Positions 27,218 through 37,955 of a stretch of 64,000 nucleotides of DNA are shown here, in pieces. A program made the translations under genes and the position numbers. The notes beneath the pieces are model-generated. The model worked only from the letters and a program-made list of their open reading frames with translations, did not search any database and was not told the origin of the DNA. The stretch covers positions 16,413-80,412 of the forward strand of contig CAMDWI010000020.1 of assembly GCA_945878555.1 (NCBI GenBank). Reading direction: 5' to 3'. This DNA comes from Klebsiella pneumoniae. GTDB lineage: Bacteria > Pseudomonadota > Gammaproteobacteria > Eutrophobiales > Eutrophobiaceae. Every line of letters begins with the position of its first letter. Position 1 is the first letter of the stretch.

Positions 27218-28804
27218 ATGACCTATCAGGTACTCGCCAGAAAATGGCGGCCGCATTCCTTCGCAGATATGGTCGGGCAGACCCATGTGCTGGCAGCCTT
27301 GCGTAATGCGCTCGATTCCGATCGTCTGCACCATGCCTACCTGTTTACCGGTACCCGCGGTGTGGGCAAGACCACGCTGGCCCGTATCATGGCCAAATGT
27401 CTCAATTGTGAGAAGGGTGTCAGCTCTACCCCCTGTGGGCAATGCAGCGCCTGTGTCTCCATAGATGAAGGCCGGTTTGTTGACCTGATCGAGGTAGATG
27501 CGGCGTCCCGTTCGAAGGTTGATGAGACCCGCGATCTGATGGACAATGTGCAATATGCCCCGAGCAGCGGCCGCTACAAGGTCTATCTGATCGACGAGGT
27601 GCACATGTTCTCGGCGCACAGCTTTAACGCCTTGTTAAAGACTCTCGAAGAACCACCCCCGCATGTGAAGTTCCTGCTGGCGACGACCGAACCGAAGAAA
27701 CTCCCGGTCACGATCCTGTCGCGTTGTCTGCAATTCAACCTGAAGCATCTGACGCGTGAGCAGATCGGCGGGCAGTTGCGCGATATCCTGGCGAAGGAAA
27801 GCGTCGAGGCCGATGAGGTGTCGATACGGCTGGTCGCCGCCGGGGCGAACGGCAGTATGCGTGATGCCTTGAGTCTGCTGGATCAGGCGATAGCATTCGG
27901 CAATGGCGCCCTGCGCGAGAGCGAGGTCCGCGAGATGCTGGGTACGATAGATAGCAGCGATTTGGCCGCCCTGTTCCAGGCGCTGGCCGCCGGAGATGCC
28001 GCGGCGATGGTCCAGTGTATCGACGCGATGGATGAACATAACCCCGACTACGATGCAGTGTTGTCCGAATTGCTGGCCGACCTGCATGATATCGCGGTCT
28101 GTCAGGTGACCGGCGGCAAGGTGGAGCAAATCCGCCCGGAGATTGCCGCGCTGGCCTCCCAGTTTGACAAGGAAGATGTGCAGCTTTATTACCAGATTGC
28201 ATTGAACGGCAGGCGAGACCTGTCGGGCGCACCGGAACCGCGCGTCGGTTTCGAGATGACGATGATACGCATGCTGGCATTCAGACCGGCCGCGACCACA
28301 CCCGGTAGCAGCCGACCGGTTCTGGTGTCGGCCCCGAGCGCCCCGGCAAGGACAGCAACAACCACACCGACCGCTGCCCCGGCGCCACAGACCCGGGCCG
28401 AGGTCACACCCGTAAAAAAGGCCAGCGGCTCCCAGGACTGGTTGCAGATGATCGATGAGCTTGGGTTGACCGGTCTGGTGCGCGAGTTTGCGGGCAATTG
28501 TGTGCTGAAGGAGCGCGCTGACAACCGCGTGCATCTGGTCCTGCGCCCGGCGCAGCAGCACCTGTTACAGACGAATATGAAGGACAAGTTACAGAAGGTG
28601 ATTGCAGACAATTACGGTGCCGAGGTCAAATTGATCATCAACGTCGAGGAACCGGAGACGCAAACACCTATCGAACAGAAGGTGCAGGCCGAACAGGACC
28701 GCCGCGCACAGGCAAAGACCTCGTTCCAGCAGGATCCGTTTGTGAAAGAGATGCAGGACGCTTTCAATGCCAGCATTGATCAAAACTCCATACAACCGCG
28801 TTAA
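27218..28804 (+). CDS. dnaX: DNA polymerase III subunit gamma/tau
   Basis: YQVLARKWRP, GTRGVGKTT, DEVHM, SRC motif; ATG 27218. Confidence 0.97.
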   Translation: MTYQVLARKWRPHSFADMVGQTHVLAALRNALDSDRLHHAYLFTGTRGVGKTTLARIMAKCLNCEKGVSSTPCGQCSACVSIDEGRFVDLIEVDAASRSKVDETRDLMDNVQYAPSSGRYKVYLIDEVHMFSAHSFNALLKTLEEPPPHVKFLLATTEPKKLPVTILSRCLQFNLKHLTREQIGGQLRDILAKESVEADEVSIRLVAAGANGSMRDALSLLDQAIAFGNGALRESEVREMLGTIDSSDLAALFQALAAGDAAAMVQCIDAMDEHNPDYDAVLSELLADLHDIAVCQVTGGKVEQIRPEIAALASQFDKEDVQLYYQIALNGRRDLSGAPEPRVGFEMTMIRMLAFRPAATTPGSSRPVLVSAPSAPARTATTTPTAAPAPQTRAEVTPVKKASGSQDWLQMIDELGLTGLVREFAGNCVLKERADNRVHLVLRPAQQHLLQTNMKDKLQKVIADNYGAEVKLIINVEEPETQTPIEQKVQAEQDRRAQAKTSFQQDPFVKEMQDAFNASIDQNSIQPR

Positions 28805-28822
28805 CAGAGTGAGAGGTAAACC

Positions 28823-29146
28823 ATGAAGGCCGGACTCGGTAATATCATGAAACAGGCCCAGCAGATGCAGGAGAACCTGAAGAAGGTGCAGGACGAAATT
28901 GCCCAGGCGGTCGTGACCGGGGAATCCGGTGCCGGTCTGGTCAAGGTCACGATGACCGGCAAGCACGATATCAAGAAGGTACAGATCGACAAGAGTCTGA
29001 TCGGGGATGATATCGAGATGCTGGAAGACCTGATCGCTGCTGCTGTGAATGATGCGAATCGCCGGATTGAAAAGTTGTCTGCGGAAAAGATGTCCGCGTT
29101 TTCCTCCGGTCTGAACCTGCCTGCCGGTCTGAATCTGCCGTTTTAA
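28823..29146 (+). CDS. ybaB: YbaB/EbfC nucleoid-associated protein
   Basis: [31 protein letters not shown]; dnaX-ybaB-recR synteny. Confidence 0.95.
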   Translation: MKAGLGNIMKQAQQMQENLKKVQDEIAQAVVTGESGAGLVKVTMTGKHDIKKVQIDKSLIGDDIEMLEDLIAAAVNDANRRIEKLSAEKMSAFSSGLNLPAGLNLPF

Positions 29147-29185
29147 TCGGGTCTCTACCTTACTTCGCGCCTGTCTGCATTTACC

Positions 29186-29779
29186 ATGTCTGAATTCTCC
29201 AAACTGGACCAGTTGATCGGCGCACTGCGCTGCATGCCCGGTATTGGCAAGAAGTCGGCCCAGCGTATTGCCTATCATCTGTTGCAACGAAATCGTGAGG
29301 GCGCGCGCAATCTCGCCCGTGCTTTGATGGAGGCAATGGATGGTATTGGTCATTGCCAGCGTTGCCGCAATTTCAGTGAGACGGATATCTGTGCGATCTG
29401 TAACAGCGACAAGCGTGATCAGGGGCTGTTATGTATTGTTGAGAGCCCGGCCGATGTGTATGCGGTGGAAGAGGCCGGTTATCGTGGGGTGTATTTTGTG
29501 TTGATGGGGCATTTGTCCCCACTCGATGGCATTGGCCCGGAAGATCTCGGTCTCGATTTATTGTCCTCGCTGGTGGATCAGGGACAGGTCACGGAGGTGA
29601 TCCTCGCGACCAATTCCACGGTTGAAGGTGAGGCCACCGCGCATTTCATCAGCGAGATCATGCGCCGGAAGAAGATTCGTGTCTCGCGTATCGCCCACGG
29701 TGTCCCGGTCGGCGGTGAGCTGGAATATATCGACAGCGGTACCTTGTCACAGGCGATCTCGGGCAGGCGCGAAGTATAG
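29186..29779 (+). CDS. recR: Recombination mediator RecR
   Basis: [11 protein letters not shown]4 zinc finger, Toprim domain, [14 protein letters not shown]. Confidence 0.97.
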   Translation: MSEFSKLDQLIGALRCMPGIGKKSAQRIAYHLLQRNREGARNLARALMEAMDGIGHCQRCRNFSETDICAICNSDKRDQGLLCIVESPADVYAVEEAGYRGVYFVLMGHLSPLDGIGPEDLGLDLLSSLVDQGQVTEVILATNSTVEGEATAHFISEIMRRKKIRVSRIAHGVPVGGELEYIDSGTLSQAISGRREV

Positions 29780-29897
29780 TCGCAACATTTACAACACTTG
29801 TGGCATGTCAGCCACGAAGTGCTGGTGACTCCTGTCGGTTTTGTTTCCGAATCTGAAATATCTGTTATCATCCGGTCATACTTGTAGTCAAAGGTTC

Positions 29898-31724
29898 ATG
29901 CGAATGAAACAGATAACAGTGTTATTGCTGGCAGGACAGCGACCGAACCCGGGGCCGATCTGTGAGGCATACAAGGCCGTACCGAAATCGCTGGTCCCGA
30001 TAGCCGGTCTACCTATGATCATGCATCCGCTTGCCAGTCTCCTCAGCAACCGTCATGTCGGGCGTATTATCGTAATCACCCAGAAACCTGAATTGTTCAA
30101 TGATGTATTGGCCGGGGTTTCGCAGCGTGACCGGATCGATTTATATCGCGGCGCGGGGGGGATTTCGCGCTCCATTATCGAATGTATCCACGAGTACAAC
30201 TTGCAGATGCCGCTGCTGGTGACAACGGCCGATAATTGTCTGTTACGTGATGAGGATATCGACGATTTCATTACCCAGGCACAGGCGACACGCGCCGATA
30301 TCGCGGTTGGTCTTGCAGACAAGAAAGCGTTGATCAAGGACTACCCAGACGTGCGGCGAACCTGGATACCTTTCAGCGACAAGAGTGTATCCGGTTGTAA
30401 CCTGTTCTGGCTGAACAACCCGCGCAGTCTGGAAATGATCAGGTTCTGGTGCAGGTATGAATCGAGCCCCAAAAAACTGCTCCGGCTAGCGTGGGCATTC
30501 GGCCCGATATTTTTCACGCTCTACCTGTTCCGACTGGTGAGCCTGAACGATGCGTTCGAGAAGATTACTGCTATCACCAGAGTGCGGGTGGAACCCGTGC
30601 TCCTGAAAAATCCGTCTGTATCAATTGATGCGGACAAGGTGACCGACGTCATCCAGATAGAGGCGGTGCTGGTAAATCGGGACAATCCGGTGCCGAGACA
30701 GGGTGTGCCCGGGGCACCGATAGTAATATTTGATCTCGACCGGACGATTACCCGGGATGGTACCTATACTCCATTTCTTCTTAATTATGCAATGAAGCAC
30801 AGGCCTTCCGGTTTGTTATGGACGCCATTGATACTGTTTTACATGCTGGTGTATCTGGCCGGGGGCATGGATCGCAAAAGTTTGAAAACGCAGATGTTCC
30901 GCTTTCTCGTCGGTAGTCCCGATAGCGTATCCCTGAACCGGGCATGCGTCGACTATGTGGACAGGATGATCGACAATGGCGTTTATGCAGACGCCCTGTA
31001 CACGATTCGTAAATGGCAGAGGCAGGGTGCGCACCTGATACTTGCCACGGCCAGTTATGACTGGCTGGCGAATGTCTTCGCACAACGTCTCGGTTTCAAT
31101 CAGGTTGTGGCGACCCGATCGATCGTCCGCGACGGCAGGGTCATCCCCGGTGTAGAGGGTGATAACTGCTATGGACAGGCAAAACTCGTGGCGGTCGAGG
31201 AGGCCATAGGATTATCCAGCATGCAGGGTCGAGAGGTCTGGTTTTATACCGATCATCATTCCGATATCCCGTTACTGGATATTTGTGACCGACCGGTTGC
31301 GGTCAATGCGAACCGCATGCTTGAAAACTGGATCAGCAGGCAGCCGAACGGAACATCTGTGCGCTGGCAGTCCCCACCGCGGAATACCACGGCAAAATCG
31401 GTTACAGCATCGGTGGGTAGCCTGTGTCTCGGTTTTATACTTTTTGTCAGTGTGCTGAGCGCAGCAGAACACGAAATCAATACTGATGAAATCCCGCTGC
31501 AGGTGCTACAAGCGATCAATATCGAGAATCCTGTGTTACTTATCACAGAAGCCTCGGTTGAAAGCAGGGGAGATTCTGTTGTTTATGAACTGGAAGGTAC
31601 TGTCTCTGGAAATGAGTTTGAATATGAAATTGAGGTCAGCGGTGAAGGTAAAATCCTGTCTGTCATACAGGATTATGAGTTATATCTTGTGCTCAAAAAT
31701 GTCATGAACTGGGCACGGGCATGA
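29898..31724 (+). CDS. Fusion: MobA-like nucleotidyltransferase + HAD-IB hydrolase + TM/signal-like segment + PepSY-like domain
   Basis: LLAG.R...PKSLVPIAG.PM, VTTAD, SGCNLF; FDLDRTIT, LATAS, NCYGQAK, YTDHHSD.PLL; hydrophobic LCLGFILFVSVLSAA; YELEG...EYEIEVSGEGKIL. Confidence 0.75.
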   Translation: MRMKQITVLLLAGQRPNPGPICEAYKAVPKSLVPIAGLPMIMHPLASLLSNRHVGRIIVITQKPELFNDVLAGVSQRDRIDLYRGAGGISRSIIECIHEYNLQMPLLVTTADNCLLRDEDIDDFITQAQATRADIAVGLADKKALIKDYPDVRRTWIPFSDKSVSGCNLFWLNNPRSLEMIRFWCRYESSPKKLLRLAWAFGPIFFTLYLFRLVSLNDAFEKITAITRVRVEPVLLKNPSVSIDADKVTDVIQIEAVLVNRDNPVPRQGVPGAPIVIFDLDRTITRDGTYTPFLLNYAMKHRPSGLLWTPLILFYMLVYLAGGMDRKSLKTQMFRFLVGSPDSVSLNRACVDYVDRMIDNGVYADALYTIRKWQRQGAHLILATASYDWLANVFAQRLGFNQVVATRSIVRDGRVIPGVEGDNCYGQAKLVAVEEAIGLSSMQGREVWFYTDHHSDIPLLDICDRPVAVNANRMLENWISRQPNGTSVRWQSPPRNTTAKSVTASVGSLCLGFILFVSVLSAAEHEINTDEIPLQVLQAINIENPVLLITEASVESRGDSVVYELEGTVSGNEFEYEIEVSGEGKILSVIQDYELYLVLKNVMNWARA

Positions 31725-31828
31725 TGAGTCATGGCCGTATGGAACTGTAACAAGTTGATACGAATTTTTCCCTCCGGTAGTTTCCGGTAGCATCACCCGC
31801 CTTACCGAAAGGTATACTGTCCACTGCC

Positions 31829-33001
31829 ATGATCAGAATAGGATTTCTGTTCAATCACGACCATGTCCACCAGATCCCGCATGCGGCGACGGTGGCATTC
31901 GAGCTATCAAGGCTCTCCCCGACCATGGAAGTGATAATAATCACTTCATCTCAAGCGCAGTATGACTATTTGCAGGCCCTGGCCGCAGATTATCCACAAC
32001 ACCGCTGCAACTGGGTCAATATATCTTCCCCCCGCTGGGTGAGAGGTATCGGGAGGGTGCTGGATTATGCCATACCGGTGTCGCGGGTGGCTGTGCTGGT
32101 TAATAATCTGGATCTGTTCCGCAATCTTGACGTTCTGGTTGTACCTGAAAAGACCAGTCTCCTGTTACGGACTCATCTCGGAATCGACCATCTAAAGTTC
32201 GTATATACCTCGCATGGCGCTGGAGATCGTGAGATTGGTTTTGACCGACAGCTGGCAGGATTCGATCTGATTTTTCTGTCGGGAAAGAAAATCGAAAATC
32301 GGATGCGTGCAGCCGGCCTGCTTGAAACGGCTGAATCCTGCATCGTCGGCTATCCGAAGTTTGATGCATTTCATGCGTTCAACAAACCGGCGAAGAAACT
32401 GTTCAACAATGACCGGCCGACCGTGCTCTATAATCCGCACTTTTCCCCTGCATTGTCCTCATGGTTTGATATGGGCGAACATATACTCGACTACTTTTAT
32501 TCGAACGATAGCTATAATCTGATATTCGCGCCGCATGTCATGCTGTTTAAAAGGCGTTACCATATTGCGCCGGATGGCTGGCATTTCCGCCGTACCGGCA
32601 TTCTGGCAAGGCGTTACCATGACTGCGGGCACATGCTGCTCGATACGGGAAGTATTGCCTGCACTGATATGACCTATACCTTGAGTGCTGATATCTATCT
32701 CGGTGATGTCAGTAGCCAGATATGGGAGTTTCTCGTCCACCAGCGTCCCTGTCTGTTTGCCAATGCGCACCGTGCTCAATGGCAGGATGATCCGAATTAC
32801 CTCCATTGGCAAACCGGGGAGGTATTGGATGACGTGGATAAACTGGATAATTGTCTGTCACGGGCAGTTTCGACGCATGCGAGTTATCTTGAGAAGCAGA
32901 AGCAGTTGTTTGCCAGTACTTTTGACATTGACGTGAATGAGTCGTCCTCGTGCAGGGGGGCGCAAGCGATAGTGAGATTTGTCAACAGGGTGCTCACGTG
33001 A
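31829..33001 (+). CDS. CDP-glycerol glycerophosphotransferase-like (GT-B fold) protein
   Basis: HGAGDR, VGYPKFD, TVLYNPHF, FAPH, ADIYLGDVSSQ.WEFL..RPC. Confidence 0.75.
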   Translation: MIRIGFLFNHDHVHQIPHAATVAFELSRLSPTMEVIIITSSQAQYDYLQALAADYPQHRCNWVNISSPRWVRGIGRVLDYAIPVSRVAVLVNNLDLFRNLDVLVVPEKTSLLLRTHLGIDHLKFVYTSHGAGDREIGFDRQLAGFDLIFLSGKKIENRMRAAGLLETAESCIVGYPKFDAFHAFNKPAKKLFNNDRPTVLYNPHFSPALSSWFDMGEHILDYFYSNDSYNLIFAPHVMLFKRRYHIAPDGWHFRRTGILARRYHDCGHMLLDTGSIACTDMTYTLSADIYLGDVSSQIWEFLVHQRPCLFANAHRAQWQDDPNYLHWQTGEVLDDVDKLDNCLSRAVSTHASYLEKQKQLFASTFDIDVNESSSCRGAQAIVRFVNRVLT

Positions 33002-33038
33002 AGTCAACACCTGCTTCTAACTCTCAACAGAACGAGCG

Positions 33039-34562
33039 ATGAGCGCATCCCCCGGTCGCGACGCCCGGCCTGAAGTGGCCAAAGGCGCAGGTCTGGTTTT
33101 CCTGGCAAGGTCAGGTGCGATAGTCGAGTTGATCACACAGCCTTTGTATACCTGGATGCTGGGACTTGCAAGTTACGGTATGTATACGGTGCTCTGGTCG
33201 CTCGTCAATCTGGTCGAGAAGATTGCCGATCTTGCGATGACAAGCGCACTGCAACGACTGTTGCCCGGTGAGTCCACTATTGAAACGCGTGCAGCAGTGA
33301 TCAAGGGCGCGCTCTTGTTGGGCATATTGCCCGGAATATTGATTGCGATTCTGGTGATGGTATTTGCTCCCACGATAGCCGGGCTGATCAATGTGGACGA
33401 CAATGACGCCCGGTATCTGGTTACTGCGATACAGTTGTTTGCCTGGGCAATCCCGCTGTGGGCAGCAGTCGAAACAGGTACATCGGCCTTGCGTGCATGC
33501 AAGGCATTTGGTCCGGAGATTCGTTTGCGTCTGCTTTGGGAACAATTGATCCGGCTGGTCTTTGTCATTCTCCTGTGGATGGCCGGACTCGACACGCTTG
33601 CCCTGGTGGTCGGACATCTCTTATCACTGGTGCTTACCGTGATACTGACATTACGTGCCCTGCATCGCTACATCAACCTGAAGCTGGTCTGGCGCGCGCT
33701 TATCCCGGCAGGAATGTTGCGCGAATTGCTAATGTCCGGTATGTCGGTCCTGCCTTCGAATATACTCGGCAGACTGTTTTCAGACTTGCCGGTTGTATTC
33801 CTGAATCTGGTTCTGCCTGGCGCCGCCGGTGCAAATGCGGCGGGCCTGTACAGTATTGCACGCAAACTCGCGAGCATTCCGCAGATGGTCGGGACGGTTT
33901 TTTCCCATGTGATCGCACCGATTGCGGCTGCAAGTGAAAACCGGAATCCGGATACAAGACAAACCCTTTACTCATTCACGTTACGCGTATCGGTATTACT
34001 GGCACTGCCTACCACGGCTGCATTGATTCTGGCAGCAGATTCCCTGTTGGCAATATTTGTCACCGGTGCTTCAGCGGCGTGGCCGATACTGGTGGTGCTG
34101 GCTCTGGCACGCGGCATCGAGGCGTCTGTAGGTCCGGCGACCACGATACAACAGGTTATCAGTCACCGCGGTCTGCCGGTAATGAACAGTTGTTTCGGCC
34201 TGTTATTCTCGGTGGGAGTTTCGGCAGTTGCTTACCCGTATGCAGGGGCAGTCGGTGTGGCCATCGGTGTAGCTTGCGGCCAGGTGTTGATGGCAGTGCT
34301 GGCGGTCTGGCAACTGTCGCACATGGATCACCTGTTATTTTATGATCGGGGGATGCGCAAGGTAATTGTCGTAGCAGTTATTTCATGTCTGGCAATGACG
34401 GGCGTTGCTAATCTGATCGATACCACACCGTTATGGATGCGGGGCCCTGTTCTGCTGGCAATGTATCTGGCATCACTCTGGTCATGTATACGTCTGGCCT
34501 TGCCCGCACAGGACAGGCAGGCACTTGGAACGCCAGGCCGACGCCTGTTTCTCGTCGATTGA
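33039..34562 (+). CDS. MOP-superfamily polysaccharide flippase (Wzx-like)
   Basis: About 12-14 TM helices; LG..SYG.Y near the N-terminus; AAGLYSIA. Confidence 0.8.
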   Translation: MSASPGRDARPEVAKGAGLVFLARSGAIVELITQPLYTWMLGLASYGMYTVLWSLVNLVEKIADLAMTSALQRLLPGESTIETRAAVIKGALLLGILPGILIAILVMVFAPTIAGLINVDDNDARYLVTAIQLFAWAIPLWAAVETGTSALRACKAFGPEIRLRLLWEQLIRLVFVILLWMAGLDTLALVVGHLLSLVLTVILTLRALHRYINLKLVWRALIPAGMLRELLMSGMSVLPSNILGRLFSDLPVVFLNLVLPGAAGANAAGLYSIARKLASIPQMVGTVFSHVIAPIAAASENRNPDTRQTLYSFTLRVSVLLALPTTAALILAADSLLAIFVTGASAAWPILVVLALARGIEASVGPATTIQQVISHRGLPVMNSCFGLLFSVGVSAVAYPYAGAVGVAIGVACGQVLMAVLAVWQLSHMDHLLFYDRGMRKVIVVAVISCLAMTGVANLIDTTPLWMRGPVLLAMYLASLWSCIRLALPAQDRQALGTPGRRLFLVD

Positions 34563-34597
34563 TCAGGTGTAGATACTCCCCGGTCTGGCGTTTGACC

Positions 34598-35836
34598 TTA
34601 TTTGACTGTCAGGTGCTCGATCCGAACCGGCGCGGGTGGATGCGAATCGTGGAAGGCCGAATAGAGTGGGTCCGGGGTCAAGGTATTGGCATTTTCACGG
34701 TAAAGTTTGACCAGTGCACGTATCAGGTCCTGCGCCCGACCCTGTGCGGCGGCGAAGTTATCGGCCTCGAATTCATGTCGACGTGAGTAGTAAGAGAACA
34801 GCGGCTGGGTATAGAAGGTGAATACTGGTATGACCATCATGAACAAGGTCAGCGCCATCCAGGTTGAATCGGTGCTGACACCGAGTCCGGCGTAGAACCA
34901 GGGCTGGTTGATCAGCCAGCCGAGCAGGGCAAAGCCGGCGAGGAACATCACACCGAGCAGGCCAATACGCTTCTTGATGTGATTACATTTGAAATGCCCA
35001 AGCTCATGCGCGAGCACGGCTTCTATCTCTTCGTTTGTCAGTTCGTTCATCAACGTGTCAAAGAATACGATGCGTTTGTTGCTGCCCATGCCGGTGAAAT
35101 AGGCATTGCCATGGGTCGAGCGTGAGGAGCCGTCCATCACATAGATGCCCTGGCTGGCAAAACCGTTGCGGGTCAGCAGACCCTCGATGCGCGTGCGCAA
35201 TTCCACATTGTCGAGCGGGCGGAACTTGTTGAACAGTGGCGCGATAAAGGCCGGATAGAACCACATCATAAACAGGCTGAAGCCAAACCAGGTCATCCAC
35301 ACATACAGCCACCACAACTGGCCTGCGTTACCCATCAGCCACAGGATCAGCGCCAGTAGCGGCACACCGATCAGCAACGTCAACGCCGTATTCTTCAGCA
35401 TGTCGGTCACAAACACGCGCAGTGTAGTCTTGTTGAAACCGAATTTTTCCTCAAGCACAAAGGTACGATACAGTGCCAGTGGCAGATCGATAATTGAGGA
35501 GATCAACATGATCGACAGCATGAAACCGGTCCCGGTCCAGATCGCTGACAGGCCAAACTCTCGCCAGTACTGGTCGACCAGTTCCAGCCCGCCGCCCAGC
35601 GTCCATAACAGCAGCAAAACTACGCTGATGGCAAGATCAATCCCGGCGAGTGAGGATTTGGCACAGGTATAGGCAGCGGCCTTCTGGTGGTCTTCCAACC
35701 GGACCTTGTCGCGAAACTGTGAGGGGACCACATGTTGATGACGGCGTACATGGGACCAATGTCGGTACAGAAGCACACATTGCACGGTAAAACTGCCAAG
35801 CAGTGCGGTAAGGAAGATGTAGCTGAACAGATTCAT
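34598..35836 (-). CDS. M48 family metallopeptidase (Ste24-like)
   Basis: Multi-TM; DGSSRSTHGNAYFTG, LAHELGH, EFEAD, SHPP. Confidence 0.93.
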   Translation of the reverse strand: MNLFSYIFLTALLGSFTVQCVLLYRHWSHVRRHQHVVPSQFRDKVRLEDHQKAAAYTCAKSSLAGIDLAISVVLLLLWTLGGGLELVDQYWREFGLSAIWTGTGFMLSIMLISSIIDLPLALYRTFVLEEKFGFNKTTLRVFVTDMLKNTALTLLIGVPLLALILWLMGNAGQLWWLYVWMTWFGFSLFMMWFYPAFIAPLFNKFRPLDNVELRTRIEGLLTRNGFASQGIYVMDGSSRSTHGNAYFTGMGSNKRIVFFDTLMNELTNEEIEAVLAHELGHFKCNHIKKRIGLLGVMFLAGFALLGWLINQPWFYAGLGVSTDSTWMALTLFMMVIPVFTFYTQPLFSYYSRRHEFEADNFAAAQGRAQDLIRALVKLYRENANTLTPDPLYSAFHDSHPPAPVRIEHLTVK

Positions 35837-35917
35837 AGTCGGATATCCGCTGATTTGAGGTATCGATTTTCAATTGATTAGGGTTAGAATGTCTGGCAAA
35901 ACCACTGGAAATAACTG

Positions 35918-36463
35918 ATGACACAGTCAACTGATCGCCTAATCTGGATAGACCTCGAAATGACCGGTCTGGATCCTGACACCGATTATATCATTGAAAT
36001 TGCTACCGTCGTCACCGATTCCAGTCTGAACTCGATCGCTGAAGGTCCGGTGCTGGCGATACATCATGACGATGCCATTCTGAACCGGATGGATGAGTGG
36101 AACACCAAGCAGCATGGCCGGTCCGGATTACTGGATCGGGTACGCAAAAGTACGGTCACAACCGCAGAGGCAGAGCAGAAGACGCTGGCCTTCCTGCGGG
36201 ATCATTTACCCGCGAACTGCTCGCCGATGTGTGGCAACAGCATCTGTCAGGACCGTCGCTTTCTCTACCGGCACATGCGCGACCTCGAAAAATACTTCCA
36301 TTACCGGAATCTGGATGTGAGTACGGTAAAGGAGCTGATCAAACGCTGGACTGATGGCAATGACAAGTTTGTGAAGAACGCCAGCCATCTGGCACTGGAT
36401 GATATCAAGGATTCGATAGAAGAATTGCAACACTACCGCGCCAAATATTTTAACCTGCCGTGA
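35918..36463 (+). CDS. orn: Oligoribonuclease
   Basis: [33 protein letters not shown]. Confidence 0.97.
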   Translation: MTQSTDRLIWIDLEMTGLDPDTDYIIEIATVVTDSSLNSIAEGPVLAIHHDDAILNRMDEWNTKQHGRSGLLDRVRKSTVTTAEAEQKTLAFLRDHLPANCSPMCGNSICQDRRFLYRHMRDLEKYFHYRNLDVSTVKELIKRWTDGNDKFVKNASHLALDDIKDSIEELQHYRAKYFNLP

Positions 36464-37953
36464 CCGATATACTTCCAGCACCGGATTGTCGATTGTTCCG
36501 GGCGGAGCAGGTCCGGCAACTGGACCAGATTGCCATTACCGAGCAGACCATCGCTGGCATTGATCTGATGCAGCGTGCCGGTCAGGCTGTGTGGGACCTG
36601 CTGGTGGAGAACTGGCAGGAGGCCAGGAGCATTGTGATCGTTTGTGGTGCTGGCAATAATGCCGGTGACGGTTATATCGTTGCTACACTTGCCGCTGCGC
36701 AGGGCAGGCAAGTCAGCGTACTCGCGCTACAGTCACCCGAATTATTAAAAGGCGATGCCTTCATCGCTGCACGCCGTTATCTGGATGCCGGTGGTACGGT
36801 GCAAACATTCAATACAGACGCGCTTTCTAGTGCCGAAGTGATCGTCGATGCGATCTTTGGTACCGGGCTGGACCGTGATGTCAGTGGTGTTTATCTGGAG
36901 GCCATTCGTGCTATCAATCGGGCGTCGAAGCCGGTCCTGGCGATCGATTTGCCCTCCGGACTGAACGCGGACACGGGCAAGGCGATGGGCGCTGTGGTTC
37001 GTGCCGATGTCACCATTTCATTTATAGGCCGCAAGCAGGGATTGTATACCGGAGATGCAGCGTTATGTCGTGGTCTGATCCGGTTTAATGACCTCGGTGT
37101 GCCACAACGAATACTGGAACGGGTCACACCGTCGGCGGATTTACTGGATATGGCCTCCACCGTCGGCCTGCTGGGCAAACGCTCGCGGACTGCCCACAAG
37201 GGCCATTACGGTCATCTGCTGGTTGTGGGGGGGGATTATGGTTATGCCGGTGCGGTGCGCATGTGTGGTGAGATGGCCGCACGTAGTGGCGCCGGCCTGG
37301 TCAGTATCGCGACCCGCCCGGAACATGCGTATGTGATACCGAACAGCCGACCGGAATTGATGGCGGCGGGTATCGAGTCAGCTGCTGATCTGTCGGGCCT
37401 GCTGGAGCGGGCAAGATTAGTGGCCATCGGTCCGGGTCTGGGACAGTCGGCCTGGTCCGGTGCTTTACTGACGCGAGTGCTTGATTCAGGTTTACCGCTG
37501 GTGCTCGATGCGGATGCGTTGAATCTGCTGGCCGAGGACCCTGTGCGCCGCGAGAACTGGATCCTGACCCCGCACCCCGGCGAGGCCGCACGATTGCTCG
37601 GTATGACGGTAGCCGAGGTGGAGGCAGACCGGTTTGCGGCAGCTTGTGCGCTTCAGGCCAGTTTTGGTGGGGTGATCGTATTGAAGGGCAGCGGGACGAT
37701 CATAGTAGACGCGGCCGGTCGTATCTCAATCTGCGCGGCGGGTAATCCGGGCATGGCCTCGGGCGGCATGGGCGATGTTTTGACCGGGTTGATTGCCGGA
37801 TTGGTGTGCCAGCGGCTACCAGCGGCTGATGCAGCCAGAACGGCGGTGTTTGTGCATGCAACGGCGGCTGACCTGCTGGCTGCCAGCGACGGGGAGCGCG
37901 GCATGCTTGCAACCGATTTAATCCCGGGTATCCGTAAACTGCTGAATCCCTGA
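36460..37953 (+). CDS. nnr: Bifunctional NAD(P)HX epimerase/dehydratase
   Basis: [45 protein letters not shown]. Confidence 0.95.
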   Translation: MTDILPAPDCRLFRAEQVRQLDQIAITEQTIAGIDLMQRAGQAVWDLLVENWQEARSIVIVCGAGNNAGDGYIVATLAAAQGRQVSVLALQSPELLKGDAFIAARRYLDAGGTVQTFNTDALSSAEVIVDAIFGTGLDRDVSGVYLEAIRAINRASKPVLAIDLPSGLNADTGKAMGAVVRADVTISFIGRKQGLYTGDAALCRGLIRFNDLGVPQRILERVTPSADLLDMASTVGLLGKRSRTAHKGHYGHLLVVGGDYGYAGAVRMCGEMAARSGAGLVSIATRPEHAYVIPNSRPELMAAGIESAADLSGLLERARLVAIGPGLGQSAWSGALLTRVLDSGLPLVLDADALNLLAEDPVRRENWILTPHPGEAARLLGMTVAEVEADRFAAACALQASFGGVIVLKGSGTIIVDAAGRISICAAGNPGMASGGMGDVLTGLIAGLVCQRLPAADAARTAVFVHATAADLLAASDGERGMLATDLIPGIRKLLNP

Positions 37954-37955
37954 AG

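Noticed and set aside
27635-29353. Antisense ORFs of 308 and 254 aa over dnaX/ybaB/recR
   Set aside because: Reverse-frame shadows of conserved genes.
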